64,000 nt of DNA from an uncultured delta proteobacterium (GCA_963808235.1 CAWEEQ010000002.1:96001-160000); one strand, 5' to 3'; numbered from the stretch's first letter, positions 10,217-20,434 are shown. Program-made: numbers and translations. The notes: generated from the sequence alone by a model not told the origin.

Positions 10217-10268
10217 ATGTCAAGCACCCGAAAGATGAGGGCAGAAAACGATCGGTTGAAGCGCGCGA

Positions 10269-13200
10269 TTAGCTCGCGGCGCGGGTGCTGCGGTCGAACT
10301 CGCGCTCGAGACGATCGATATCGGCGGGCGAGAGCGAGAAATATTTCGCCTCGGGATGATGCAGCACGAATGCGCTGACGGTGCTCTCGGGATCCATCAT
10401 GAAACCCTCGGTGAGATTCACTCCGATCGCATTCTTCTCGACCTCGAGGAGCCGAAAGAGCTGTTCCTGATCTTCCATCCGCGGACACGCGGGATAGCCG
10501 AACGAATAGCGTTTGCCCTGGTAATGCGCCTGCACCAGATCCTTCAGCGTGAGTTTCGAAGCGTCTCCGATTCCCCACATCTGCCGGATTTTCAGATGCA
10601 ACAACTCCGCGAATGCCTCCGCGCCTTCATTGGCGAGAATCTGCAAGATATGCGAGCGCAGGTAGTCACCGTTGTTCTTCCAATCGTCGGCGAGCGCGCG
10701 CACGCCGGTGCCGATGGTGGTTACGAACATGGACAGATAGTCGGTGCGGCCCGAATCGCGCGCCGCGACGTAATCGGCCAAGCACAGATGCGGCGGCTCG
10801 CTTTGGCGGCCGAAGGTGAATGACTCGAGCGCGGTCTTGCCGTCGGACGAGTAAATCGTGACGGTCCGATCGCCGTCGGATTGCGCGCGAAAGAATCTGT
10901 AAATAGCACTCGCCGAAATGTCGTCACGGGAGCGCATCACCTGCACGACATCCTCGACGCGGTTGTGAAGCTCGCGGGCTTTCGCGTCTCCCGACTCCAA
11001 AGCCTCGACGAAGTTCTGAAAACCCAGATGCTTGGCGTAGAGGCTCTTCGGGTTGATGTAGTCGAAAATCTCGACGAGGTCGTAGTCGCGAAGCACGTGA
11101 GTCTTCAAGTCGGGCGGAAGCGGAATCTCGACATCGCGACGCACCGACGAGGTGCGCGGCGTCGCGTCGATCGCGGCGTCAACGACCTTGGGCGCATTCT
11201 CGATCAGTTTCCTGGATTGCTCGGCAAGCATCCGCCGCAGCGAATCGCGGCGCTCGAAATCCATGATCTGATTGGCGAGGTCGAGCCCGTTCATGGCGTC
11301 GTTGGCGTAGGCGACCAGGCCTTCATACTCCGGCGCGATTTTCAGCCGCGTGAAGCGGTTCGAAAGCGCCGCGCCGCCGACCAGGATTGGGCAATCGATG
11401 CCGGCGGTCTTCAAGTCCTGCGCCGTCGCGACCATCATCTGTGCCGACTTGACGAGCAGGCCGGAGAGCCCGATCGCGTCCGGCTGATGCTCGCGGAATG
11501 CGCGAATCAGTTCCTCGGGTGGCACCTTGATACCGAGATTTACGACCTGGTAGCCGTTGTTGCCGAGGATAATTTCGACCAGGTTCTTGCCGATATCGTG
11601 CACGTCGCCCTTGACGGTGGCGAGAATTATTTTGCCGCGCGTCGAGGTCTCGGACTTTTCCATGTGCGGTTCGAGATACGTGACCGCGGCCTTCATCGCT
11701 TCCGCCGATTGCAAAACTTCGGCGACGATCATCTGGTTGGCGTTGAACAGCCGCCCGACCTCATCCATCCCCTTCATCAACGGGCCGTTGATGATTTCGA
11801 GCGCGCCGCGAGTGGTCAGCGCCTCGTCGAGGTCCGCAACGAGGCCATCTTTGGACCCTTCGAGTATGTAGCGCGCCAGGCGATCGTCCAGCGGCATCGC
11901 CTTGCGATCCTCGGCGGTGACCGCGCTTTTCTTCTCGCGGAAGTGGGCGGCGAATGCGGCGATCGGATCGTCGCCGCGCCACCAGATCAGGTCGTCGGCG
12001 AGCGTGCGCTCTTCTTCGGGTATCGACGGATAACGCGGAAGCTTCTCTGTATTCACCATCGCGAGATCGAGACCCGCCTGCACGCAATGATAGAGCAGCA
12101 CCGCGTTCAGAACTTCGCGGCCGGCGGGCGGCAGTCCGAACGAGACATTCGAGATGCCGAGAATAGTTTTCGCGCGCGGAAGGGCGTGCTTGATGAGCCG
12201 GATACCCTCGATGATCTCCACGCCGGCGCCAATGTAGTTTTTGTCGCCGGTGCCGATTGGAAAAGTCAGCGGGTCGAAGATAATGTCCTCCGGCTCGACG
12301 CCGTATTTTTCGGTGAGCAACTTGTAGGAGCGCTCCGCGATTTGCAGCTTGCGCTCGCGCGTGATCGCTTGCGCCTGCTGCTTGTCCTCGTCGATACAGC
12401 CGACCACGATCGCGGCGCCGAATCGGCGCGCGAGGCGAATAACCGTCTGGAAGCGGTCAGAGTGCTCGCCGTCTTCGAGGTTGATCGAGTTGATCAGCGA
12501 CTTGCCGGGCGTGCGCTTGAGAGCCTCCTCGACCACGCGGCTGTCGGTCGAGTCGATCATCAGCGGCACTTTGACTTTCTTGACTTCGATTTCAAGAAAG
12601 CGCGTGACGTCGGCGATTTCCTCGCGATCGGGATCCTGCATGTTCACGTCGATGATATGCGCGCCGCGGCGAACCTGAGCGCGCCCAATCTCGGAAGCTT
12701 CTTCGAACTTGTCTTCCGCGATGAGCCGCTTGAACTTGCGGCTGCCCAGCACGTTGGTTCGCTCGCCGACAATCACGGGCCGGGTATCCTGATCGATGAC
12801 CATCGTCTCGATGCCTGAAACGACGCATCGGCGCAAACTGGAGCGCTCGCGCGGACGCTTGCCTTCGACCGCCCGGACCAGCAGGCGGATATGCTCGGGC
12901 GTCGTCCCGCAGCATCCGCCGACCAGATTGACCCATCCATTTTCGGCGAAGCGCGCGATCTTGCCTGCGAGCATCTCGGGCGTCTCGTTGTAGTTTCCTT
13001 CTTCGTCTGGCAATCCCGCGTTCGGAACGCATGCGGTGTAGAATCTCGAAATGCCCGCCAGCGTGCGCAGATGATCGGTCATGAAGTCGGGGCCGGTCGC
13101 GCAGTTGAGGCCCATCCAGAGAAGATCGCGATGCGCGAGCGAAGTGTAGAACGCCTCGATATCCTGGCCGCTCAGCAGCGTGCCCATCGTCTCGATCGTT

Positions 13201-13793
13201 CCCGACACTGCTACCGCGGGTGCGACGCCGAGCTTTGCGATCGCTTCTTCGATTCCGACCAGGCCGGCCTTGCAGTTCAGCGTGTCGTTTACCGTTTCGA
13301 GGATCAGTATGTCCACGCCGCCTTCGATCAACCCTTCAGCCTGCACGCGGTAACCATCGCGCATCTGATCGAACGTGACCCCGCCGGTGACGGAAATGCT
13401 TTTGGTCGTCGGGCCCATCGAGCCGGCTACGAATCGCGGCTTGTCCGTGCTGAACCGGGCGGCTTCCTCGCGCGCGAGAGTGGCCGCCAGGCGATTGATC
13501 TCGCGCGTGTCGGGTTCGAGATCGTATTCGGCGAGCACGATTGGGCTCGCCTGGAAGCTCGCGGTCTCGATTATATCAGCGCCGACTTCGAGGAACCCGT
13601 CATGCATCCGGCGAATCAGGTCGGGACGGGTGCGCACGACGTTCTCGTTGCACCCTTCGTATCGAGAACCGCCGTAGTCCGCGGCGCTCAGATTCTGGCC
13701 TAGCACGAAGGTGCCGAACGCGCCGTCCAGAACAAGGATTCGTTCGGCGAGCAACTCCTTGAGGAGCTTGATCCTTTGTGCGTCGGTGGTCAT
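10269..13793 (-). CDS. metH: Cobalamin-dependent methionine synthase
   Basis: LDGAFGT, GLNC, GGCCGT (Zn ligands), VGERTN pterin domain, KGDVHDIGKN B12 motif, RYSFGYPACP reactivation domain. Confidence 0.97.
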   Translation of the reverse strand: MTTDAQRIKLLKELLAERILVLDGAFGTFVLGQNLSAADYGGSRYEGCNENVVRTRPDLIRRMHDGFLEVGADIIETASFQASPIVLAEYDLEPDTREINRLAATLAREEAARFSTDKPRFVAGSMGPTTKSISVTGGVTFDQMRDGYRVQAEGLIEGGVDILILETVNDTLNCKAGLVGIEEAIAKLGVAPAVAVSGTIETMGTLLSGQDIEAFYTSLAHRDLLWMGLNCATGPDFMTDHLRTLAGISRFYTACVPNAGLPDEEGNYNETPEMLAGKIARFAENGWVNLVGGCCGTTPEHIRLLVRAVEGKRPRERSSLRRCVVSGIETMVIDQDTRPVIVGERTNVLGSRKFKRLIAEDKFEEASEIGRAQVRRGAHIIDVNMQDPDREEIADVTRFLEIEVKKVKVPLMIDSTDSRVVEEALKRTPGKSLINSINLEDGEHSDRFQTVIRLARRFGAAIVVGCIDEDKQQAQAITRERKLQIAERSYKLLTEKYGVEPEDIIFDPLTFPIGTGDKNYIGAGVEIIEGIRLIKHALPRAKTILGISNVSFGLPPAGREVLNAVLLYHCVQAGLDLAMVNTEKLPRYPSIPEEERTLADDLIWWRGDDPIAAFAAHFREKKSAVTAEDRKAMPLDDRLARYILEGSKDGLVADLDEALTTRGALEIINGPLMKGMDEVGRLFNANQMIVAEVLQSAEAMKAAVTYLEPHMEKSETSTRGKIILATVKGDVHDIGKNLVEIILGNNGYQVVNLGIKVPPEELIRAFREHQPDAIGLSGLLVKSAQMMVATAQDLKTAGIDCPILVGGAALSNRFTRLKIAPEYEGLVAYANDAMNGLDLANQIMDFERRDSLRRMLAEQSRKLIENAPKVVDAAIDATPRTSSVRRDVEIPLPPDLKTHVLRDYDLVEIFDYINPKSLYAKHLGFQNFVEALESGDAKARELHNRVEDVVQVMRSRDDISASAIYRFFRAQSDGDRTVTIYSSDGKTALESFTFGRQSEPPHLCLADYVAARDSGRTDYLSMFVTTIGTGVRALADDWKNNGDYLRSHILQILANEGAEAFAELLHLKIRQMWGIGDASKLTLKDLVQAHYQGKRYSFGYPACPRMEDQEQLFRLLEVEKNAIGVNLTEGFMMDPESTVSAFVLHHPEAKYFSLSPADIDRLEREFDRSTRAAS

Positions 13794-13863
13794 TCTTTAG
13801 TGCCCGCTCAGATGCGGGCAGCATTGGTTTAGGGGCCGCACTCGAATGTGGCCGTAACAGACT

Positions 13864-13892
13864 AACCTACTCCAGCCATGGAAACCACGCAA
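13864..13892 (-). promoter_or_regulatory. Putative sigma70 promoter for metH
   Basis: Minus strand TTGCGT-N17-TAGGTT, about 70 nt upstream of the metH ATG. Confidence 0.45.
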
Positions 13893-13948
13893 TTTTGCCT
13901 GCTGCGGGCGCGCTTGCGCCGCACGATGGCTCCAGAAGCCGCCCAGAG

Positions 13949-14869
13949 ATGAGCGTCAATGTACCATCGCGCGGGAAGAACCGCTTGATGCTGGTGACGG
14001 GCGGCGCCGGGTTTATTGGATCGCACCTGGTGGACGCGCTGCTAGCAGCCGGGATGCGGGTGCGAGTGATCGACAACTTTGCGACCGGCCGGCGCGATTA
14101 TGTGAATTCCGCGGCGGAACTGATCGACGCCGATATTCGCGATGCGGCAACTTTGAGTGGCGCGTTCGAGGGCGTGGATACTGTTTTCCATGTCGCCGCG
14201 CTGCCGAGAATCCCGCTTTCGATCGCAAAGCCGGTCGAGACACACATGACCAATGTGGTCGGTACGCTGAACGTGCTGATCGCGGCACGCGATGCAAAAG
14301 TTCGCCGCGTAGTGTACTCGGGATCGTCGTCGGTATACGGAACGCAGGAGCGCATCCCGATGGTGGAGACGATGACGCCGCATCCGATGAATCCGTACGC
14401 GCTGCAAAAGTTTGTCGGCGAGGAGTACCTGCGGATGTTCCATCGGCTGTTCGGGCTCGAGGCCGTAACGCTTCGCTATTTCGGCGTGTACGGTCCGCGG
14501 ATGGCGGAAGAGGGAGCGTATGTGCTCGCGGTCGCGGCGTTCATCGCGGCGCATCGAGCGGGCCGGCCGCTCGAGATTCACGGCGACGGCGAGCAGACCC
14601 GGGACTTCACGCACGTGCGCGACGTGGTCGCGGCGAACATGCTTGCGATCGACTGCGCGGTGGCCGACGGCCGCGCAATAAACATCGGACGTGGCGAGAA
14701 TGTGAGCATCAATCGAATCGCAGAGATGATCGGCGGCGCGATCGTGCGCAAATCCGCTCGCGCCGGCGATATGCGCGATACGTTGGCCGATCGTACTCAG
14801 GCGGAGTTGATTCTGGGCTGGAGGCCCAAGGTGTCGATCGAAGAGGGGATCGCGGAGTTGCTGACGTGA
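13949..14869 (+). CDS. NAD-dependent epimerase/dehydratase (extended SDR, nucleotide-sugar)
   Basis: LVTGGAGFIGSH, FHVAA, SSSVYG, YALQK, GDGEQTRDFTHV. Start set at ATG 13949 because the longer ORF overlaps the metH start and leader. Confidence 0.9.
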   Translation: MSVNVPSRGKNRLMLVTGGAGFIGSHLVDALLAAGMRVRVIDNFATGRRDYVNSAAELIDADIRDAATLSGAFEGVDTVFHVAALPRIPLSIAKPVETHMTNVVGTLNVLIAARDAKVRRVVYSGSSSVYGTQERIPMVETMTPHPMNPYALQKFVGEEYLRMFHRLFGLEAVTLRYFGVYGPRMAEEGAYVLAVAAFIAAHRAGRPLEIHGDGEQTRDFTHVRDVVAANMLAIDCAVADGRAINIGRGENVSINRIAEMIGGAIVRKSARAGDMRDTLADRTQAELILGWRPKVSIEEGIAELLT

Positions 14870-14875
14870 TAAACG

Positions 14876-14909
14876 CAGAGAGCCGATCGGGCATCCAACC
14901 GGCTCTCTG
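14876..14909. terminator. Probable bidirectional terminator hairpin between convergent genes
   Basis: 10-bp stem CAGAGAGCCG...CGGCTCTCTG with A/T-rich flanks. Confidence 0.6.
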
Positions 14910-14934
14910 AATTTCAGCAAATCGATTTGCGCGA

Positions 14935-16020
14935 TTACTCGAACATCAGGACCGTGCGCGCGACCTCGCCCGCCTTCATCGCGCGAAATGCTTCGTTGAC
15001 GTCTTCGAGCTTGCCGCGCCGCGTGATCATGTCGTCGAGATCGAGCCGCCCCTGTTGGTAGAGCTCGATGATTCGCGGCATGTCGATGCGGAATCGATTC
15101 GACCCCATGAAGCATCCCTGGATGCGCTTCTCGTAGAGCAGCGAGAAACCGTCAACTTCGACCTTCTGCCCGATCGGAACCATCCCGACAATGGTCGCGA
15201 TGCCGCCGGGAGCGAGCGACTCGTAGGCCTGCTCGGCGGCGACTTTGAGTCCGATCGCTTCGAACGAGTACTCGACGCCGCCGCCGGTGAGCGCGCGGAT
15301 CTCCGCAACCGCATCTCCCTTGGACGCGTCGACCGCGTGAGTCGCGCCGAGCTTTTTCGCGAGTTCAAGCTTGGACGGGAATTTGTCGACCGCGATGATC
15401 ATCCGCGCGCCCGCGATGCGCGCGCCCTGGATGATCGCGAGGCCAACGCCACCCGCACCGAAGACTGCGACCGTCGATCCCGGCGCCACTTTAGCGGTCT
15501 GCAGCGCCGCGCCGACGCCGGTCATCACGCCGCATCCGATCAGCGCAGCGCGATCGAGCGGCACATCGTGGCCAATTTTCACCAGCGCGTTCTCATGCAG
15601 CAGCATCTTCTCGGCGTAGCCCGAGAGGTCGGCGAACTGATTGACCATCTTGCCCTTCTGCGAGAGTCGCGGCTTGTCGTAGGCGCCGCGCTGAGTTGCG
15701 GCCTTGTTCGAGCAGAGGTTCGGATGGCCCGACATGCAATCCTCGCAGTAGCCGCAAAAGACCGACAGGCATGCGATTACGTGATCGCCGGGCTTCAGGT
15801 ACGAGACCTGTGCGCCCACTTTCTCGACGACGCCCGCCGCCTCGTGCCCGAGCACCGCCGGCGTCGGCCACATGTAGAGGCCGTCGACGAAATGCAAATC
15901 GCTGTGGCACACGCCGCTCGCAACCGTGCGGACGACCACCTCGCGTTCTTTGGGCTCGTCGATATCGACCTGCTCGATCGTGAGCGGCTGACCCGGACCG
16001 TGGAAGACGGCAGCTTTCAT
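14935..16020 (-). CDS. Zn-dependent alcohol dehydrogenase (MDR, class III-like), paralog 2
   Basis: GVCHSD, GHE, CGYCEDC-x7-C structural Zn site, IGCGV, GAGGVG. Confidence 0.92.
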   Translation of the reverse strand: MKAAVFHGPGQPLTIEQVDIDEPKEREVVVRTVASGVCHSDLHFVDGLYMWPTPAVLGHEAAGVVEKVGAQVSYLKPGDHVIACLSVFCGYCEDCMSGHPNLCSNKAATQRGAYDKPRLSQKGKMVNQFADLSGYAEKMLLHENALVKIGHDVPLDRAALIGCGVMTGVGAALQTAKVAPGSTVAVFGAGGVGLAIIQGARIAGARMIIAVDKFPSKLELAKKLGATHAVDASKGDAVAEIRALTGGGVEYSFEAIGLKVAAEQAYESLAPGGIATIVGMVPIGQKVEVDGFSLLYEKRIQGCFMGSNRFRIDMPRIIELYQQGRLDLDDMITRRGKLEDVNEAFRAMKAGEVARTVLMFE

Positions 16021-16076
16021 TGAATGCTCTCCTTGGGATGCTTGTTTTTATGAGTTCGAATTCGATTGCGCCCCGG

Positions 16077-17165
16077 CTAGTTGAACATCAGAACCGTGCG
16101 CGCGACCTCGCCCGCCTTCATCGCGCGAAACGCCTCGTTGACGTCTTCGAGTTTTCCGCGGCGGCTGATCATCTCGTCGAGTTTGAGACGCCCCTGCATG
16201 TAGAAATCGATGTAACGCGGCATGTCGATGCGGAAGCGGTTGGAGCCCATGTTCGACCCCTGCAGTTTGCGCTCGGTAAGAAACATGTAGCCGTCGAGTT
16301 CGACCTTCTGCCCGACCGGGATCATGCCGATCACGGTTGCCATGCCGCCGGGCTTGAGCGCGTTGAACGCCTGCTCGGCGACCTTCTTGAGTCCGATCGC
16401 CTCGAAGGAGTAATCGACGCCGGCGCCGCCGGTGAGCTTGCGAATTTCATCGACTGGCTCGCTGTTCGATGCGTCCACGGTGTCGGTCGCGCCGAGCCTT
16501 TTCGCCATCGCGAGCTTTCCCTCGAACATGTCGATCGCGATTATTTTGCGCGCGCCGGCAATTCGCGCGCCCTGGATTGCGGCCAGTCCTACTCCGCCGG
16601 CGCCGAACACCGCGACCGTGGAGCCCGGCTCGATCTTCGCCGTATTGAGCACCGCGCCGACGCCCGTGGTCACGCCGCATCCGATCAACGCCGCGCGATC
16701 CAGCGGCAGGTCCTCACGGATCTTCACGACCGCATTCTCATGCAGCAGCATCTTCTCGCAGTACGACGAGATGTCCAGGAACTGATTGACCAGCTTGCCC
16801 TTCTGCGAGATGCGCGGCTTGTCGGCGGGGTCGCGCTGAGTTGCCTTCTTGTTGGAGCATCGGTTCGGATGGCCCGACATGCAACTCTCGCAATTGCCGC
16901 AGAAAACCGACAGGCAACAGATGACGTGGTCGCCCGGCTTGACGTAGGTGACCTGGCGGCCGACCTCTTCGATAATTCCGGCGGCCTCGTGGCCGAGCAC
17001 CGCGGGTGCGGGATATGGGTAGAAACCGTCGACGAAATGCAGGTCGCTATGGCAAACGCCGCTGGCGACAGTTTTGATCAGGACTTCGCGATCCTGCGGC
17101 TTGTCGAGCTCGACGTCCTCGATACTCAGCGGCAGTTTGGGCCCATGGAAGACAGCGGCTTTCAT
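16077..17165 (-). CDS. Zn-dependent alcohol dehydrogenase, paralog 1
   Basis: Same motifs; start placed at MKAAVFHG (AAGGAG upstream) by alignment with the paralog. Confidence 0.92.
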   Translation of the reverse strand: MKAAVFHGPKLPLSIEDVELDKPQDREVLIKTVASGVCHSDLHFVDGFYPYPAPAVLGHEAAGIIEEVGRQVTYVKPGDHVICCLSVFCGNCESCMSGHPNRCSNKKATQRDPADKPRISQKGKLVNQFLDISSYCEKMLLHENAVVKIREDLPLDRAALIGCGVTTGVGAVLNTAKIEPGSTVAVFGAGGVGLAAIQGARIAGARKIIAIDMFEGKLAMAKRLGATDTVDASNSEPVDEIRKLTGGAGVDYSFEAIGLKKVAEQAFNALKPGGMATVIGMIPVGQKVELDGYMFLTERKLQGSNMGSNRFRIDMPRYIDFYMQGRLKLDEMISRRGKLEDVNEAFRAMKAGEVARTVLMFN

Positions 17166-17294
17166 TCTTGAGTGCTCCTTGTCGGCGATATTGTGGCGTG
17201 CGTGAGCGCAATCTCTTGCGACGCGCGAGCGCGATAGCGACTCCTTTACTACCACACTGACGGCGCATTTCCAGCGCGTCGAAGACAATCGCGT

Positions 17295-18869
17295 TTACGG
17301 GAAAATGACTTGTTGCGCCGTGCCGGAGATCGGAACGCCCGGAATATGCGCGGCGGACGAGTTGGCGCGCGCGTAGAGGCACGACCAAACGTCGCTGTAC
17401 ACGAGAATCCAATCCTTGCGTGAGTCCATAAACTTCCGCCCCGGGATGTCAGGCGCGATCAGCACGTAGTCTGTCGGAAATTTGTTGAGGGCGATTTCGG
17501 CGCCGGGCTGATCGTAGTTGAATACGAAGAACACCTCCAGGATCCGCCTCGGGTAGACGGTGTCGTAACGCCCATCCATGAACACTTTGGAATCGGGCGC
17601 GAAATGCCAGATCAGGTACTCGCCCCACGCGAACTGCCCGAGCACGTTTCCCTTGAGCCCGTGGTCTTTCATGAACGCGCAAGCGCTCACGGGATACGGA
17701 TCGGTGGTGGTGAGCCGGTTCGAGAAGAAGTCGCTGCTCCAGAAAACCACCAGCGCAACCGCCGCAAGAATCGCCTGGTTCGAGTGCGGCGCGGGGTGGC
17801 TCGCGCTCGGGGCATGGCGAATCCCGGGCAATCGGCGCTCGAGCGCAAGCGGCAGATGGCGCGCGAGCGGGACGCAAATCGCAATCACTGCAATCGGCAA
17901 GTTGCGCACTGCCAGGAGTGCCGCGACTGACATGACCGCGGCGACCGCCACCAGCGGCAGATCGTCCTTGCTCGGAGTCAAAATGTACGAAAGAAGCAGC
18001 GTCGCCATCAGCAGCACTCCAAGCTCCTTGTAGATCATGCCGAAGGCCACGATGCCCATGTGCTCCTTCAAGCCCGACGTGAGCGGCTGCCAATCCTCTA
18101 TGACGATGCGCGTGTAAGGATCGAACAGCGCACGCAGCACAGCGCGCCAGGTCCCGACTCCGTATGGCGTCGCGAGCGTGGCGACAATCGCCAGAGCGGT
18201 GATCGCACCCAGTCGAAGCGCGCGCGCGGTTCCCCGATGATCGACAATGTCCTGCACCGCGGAGACTGCGGTGTAGATCGCCATCGTCGCGATTCCGATG
18301 ACGAATCCGCCATGCAGATTTGCCCACACCGCGAGCATCGGGATTGCGAGCCAGAGACGCGCGCTGCGCCCATAAACGTCGCGGGCGAGCAGGTAAATCA
18401 GCGCCGCAAGCAGAGCAAAGGTAAAGACCTGAGGACGGATTTGGATCTGCGGCTCCATGATCACCGCAGCGGTGATCAGAATCGCAAACTGAATCAGCGG
18501 AGGCGCACCCGTCTCGCTCTCGGCGGCGGCGATGAAGACCACCACCAGTGCGCAGCATCCGAGCTTCATAAGCTTGAGGCCGAAGACATTCAGATGATTG
18601 TAGAGCGTGCCCATGATGAGCTCGGTAAGCCATTCGTGATTGAGCCAAAGATGACGCGGCGCGGAATATGAATAAGGATCGCGCCACGCGATATGGCCCT
18701 GGCTCAGCATCGCCTGCCCGAAGCGCACGTGTCCCCAGAGGTCGGGGTCGGAGAAGCGGACCAGGTCGGCAACGGCAATCGCAATCAGGATTAGCGCGGG
18801 CGAATAGCGCAAGAGCGACGCGATAGCGGGGCGGGTTTCTTGCGACGCGGATGTGGTCTCGAGCTTCAT
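17295..18869 (-). CDS. Polytopic membrane protein, GT-C-like (DPDLWGH...HEWL family)
   Basis: Many TM segments; DPDLWGH after TM1, WLNHEWL, RPQ, WANLHGGF, WGEYLIW, FMDGRYD. Confidence 0.7.
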   Translation of the reverse strand: MKLETTSASQETRPAIASLLRYSPALILIAIAVADLVRFSDPDLWGHVRFGQAMLSQGHIAWRDPYSYSAPRHLWLNHEWLTELIMGTLYNHLNVFGLKLMKLGCCALVVVFIAAAESETGAPPLIQFAILITAAVIMEPQIQIRPQVFTFALLAALIYLLARDVYGRSARLWLAIPMLAVWANLHGGFVIGIATMAIYTAVSAVQDIVDHRGTARALRLGAITALAIVATLATPYGVGTWRAVLRALFDPYTRIVIEDWQPLTSGLKEHMGIVAFGMIYKELGVLLMATLLLSYILTPSKDDLPLVAVAAVMSVAALLAVRNLPIAVIAICVPLARHLPLALERRLPGIRHAPSASHPAPHSNQAILAAVALVVFWSSDFFSNRLTTTDPYPVSACAFMKDHGLKGNVLGQFAWGEYLIWHFAPDSKVFMDGRYDTVYPRRILEVFFVFNYDQPGAEIALNKFPTDYVLIAPDIPGRKFMDSRKDWILVYSDVWSCLYARANSSAAHIPGVPISGTAQQVIFP

Positions 18870-20422
18870 GGAAACTCCGCTCTGTAGCGCGCTCCAGAAA
18901 CAGGAACGCCGGCGATCCGAGAAGCGTCGGAGTCGACGCGCGCGTATAGCGCGGCGACCTCGTCGGAATATATGAGACGCCAGCCGGTTTGCGAGTTCAT
19001 CAGCCGCGCGGCTGGAGAGCCGTTCTTCACCAGCGCGAAGTCATGCGGGTAACTGGCGAGAGTCTGCGCGCCGCTCGCATCGCCGCGATCCACTTTCATG
19101 TAGTCGGCGACCACCGCGGGTGGATAGCCAAGGTCATAGCGGCTGTCGATGAAAACCTTCGAGTCCGGCGTGGTGTGCCAGATCACGTACTGGCCCCACG
19201 CGTAATCCGCGAGCACATTACCCTTGAGTCCGTGATCTTTCATAAAGGCCACGGCGCGCACCGGGCTGTCCGACGCGTCGATTCCCGGCGCCAGCACTCC
19301 GTTGGCTCGCGCGAACACGATAGCCGCGACCGCGACCAGGATATTGACGAGCAGCCGGCCGGCACGCGGCATCGCGCGGGTGCTCGGAGGGTTGTCCTGA
19401 ACTTCGCGCGAACTCGCCGCCGGGCCCAGATGATTCGCGAATACCGGAGCAATCGCGATCGCCGCGAGAGGGACGTTGCGGACGGCCATGAAAGCCATCG
19501 TGAGCATCACGGCGGCAACAGCGATCAGCGGAAGGTCGCCGCGCTTCGGCGTCAGCACGACGGAAATGAATGCCGCGGCGAAGAACAAAAGCACGAGAAC
19601 GAAATATTCTTGATCGATGCTGCCTGCCGGCGCGTTGGTGAGTGACGGTATCAGCGGTACCCAGTCGCCAATCGTGGAGCGCGTCATCGGATTCAGGATC
19701 GAATGGATAAGCGTGTACCAGGTGTCGCGCGCGGGCGGGATTAGAAATGTGCAGAGTGTCGATGCCGCCGCGGCCGCCGCGATAGCAAGAATTCCAGCAC
19801 CGCGACTGAAACCGCGGCCAGACCAGCCCTCTTCGAGCATCGTCGCGGCCCCATAGACGCCGAGCGCGACCAGGCCGATAAAAAAACCGCCGTGTAAATT
19901 GCTCCAGATCGCGACTAGCGGAATCACGAACCAGAGCCGCGCCGTGCCGAGACGATTGTGACGTGCTAGCAGTGCGACAATTGCTGACAGCGACAGGAAA
20001 TCGAATAGCTGCGGGCGGAACTGCATCACCGGCGCCAGGATCAGCGCCACCACGAACAGGATCGATACCTGCACGACCGCCGACGCATCGCTTTCGGACT
20101 CGGCCAGCGCGACAAAGCAGATAGTACCCGCCGAGCATACGAACTTGAGCAGCTTCAGGCCGGCTGGCCCGAAGCGATCGAAGACCGCTGCCATCAGGAC
20201 TTCGCTCAACCATTCATGACGCAGCCAGGGGAAGCCCGGCGCCGAATACGAGTAGGGATTGCCGGCCGGCAGAGATCCATGAGCCAGCAGATCGCGCCCG
20301 AACAGGATGTGTCCCCACAGATCGGGATCGCTATGCTGGCGCGCGTCCGCGATCACGATCGCGAAGAGGACTATCGCCGGCGAGTAGCGCAAAAGCGAGA
20401 CGCGAGCGCGGCCGGCGGACAA
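18866..20422 (-). CDS. Polytopic membrane protein, GT-C-like, paralog of the adjacent gene
   Basis: DPDLWGH, WLRHEWL, RPQ, WSNLHGGF, WGQYVIW, FIDSRYD; ATGA overlap with the next gene. Confidence 0.7.
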   Translation of the reverse strand: MSAGRARVSLLRYSPAIVLFAIVIADARQHSDPDLWGHILFGRDLLAHGSLPAGNPYSYSAPGFPWLRHEWLSEVLMAAVFDRFGPAGLKLLKFVCSAGTICFVALAESESDASAVVQVSILFVVALILAPVMQFRPQLFDFLSLSAIVALLARHNRLGTARLWFVIPLVAIWSNLHGGFFIGLVALGVYGAATMLEEGWSGRGFSRGAGILAIAAAAAASTLCTFLIPPARDTWYTLIHSILNPMTRSTIGDWVPLIPSLTNAPAGSIDQEYFVLVLLFFAAAFISVVLTPKRGDLPLIAVAAVMLTMAFMAVRNVPLAAIAIAPVFANHLGPAASSREVQDNPPSTRAMPRAGRLLVNILVAVAAIVFARANGVLAPGIDASDSPVRAVAFMKDHGLKGNVLADYAWGQYVIWHTTPDSKVFIDSRYDLGYPPAVVADYMKVDRGDASGAQTLASYPHDFALVKNGSPAARLMNSQTGWRLIYSDEVAALYARVDSDASRIAGVPVSGARYRAEFP

Positions 20423-20434
20423 CGCGGTTCCTCG

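Noticed and set aside
10881-12818. 645-aa plus-strand ORF, and similar long antisense ORFs (e.g. 2135-3112, 7266-8336, 16020-17171, 25981-27348)
   Set aside because: They are antisense shadows of well-supported genes, expected in high-GC DNA, with no recognisable motifs.
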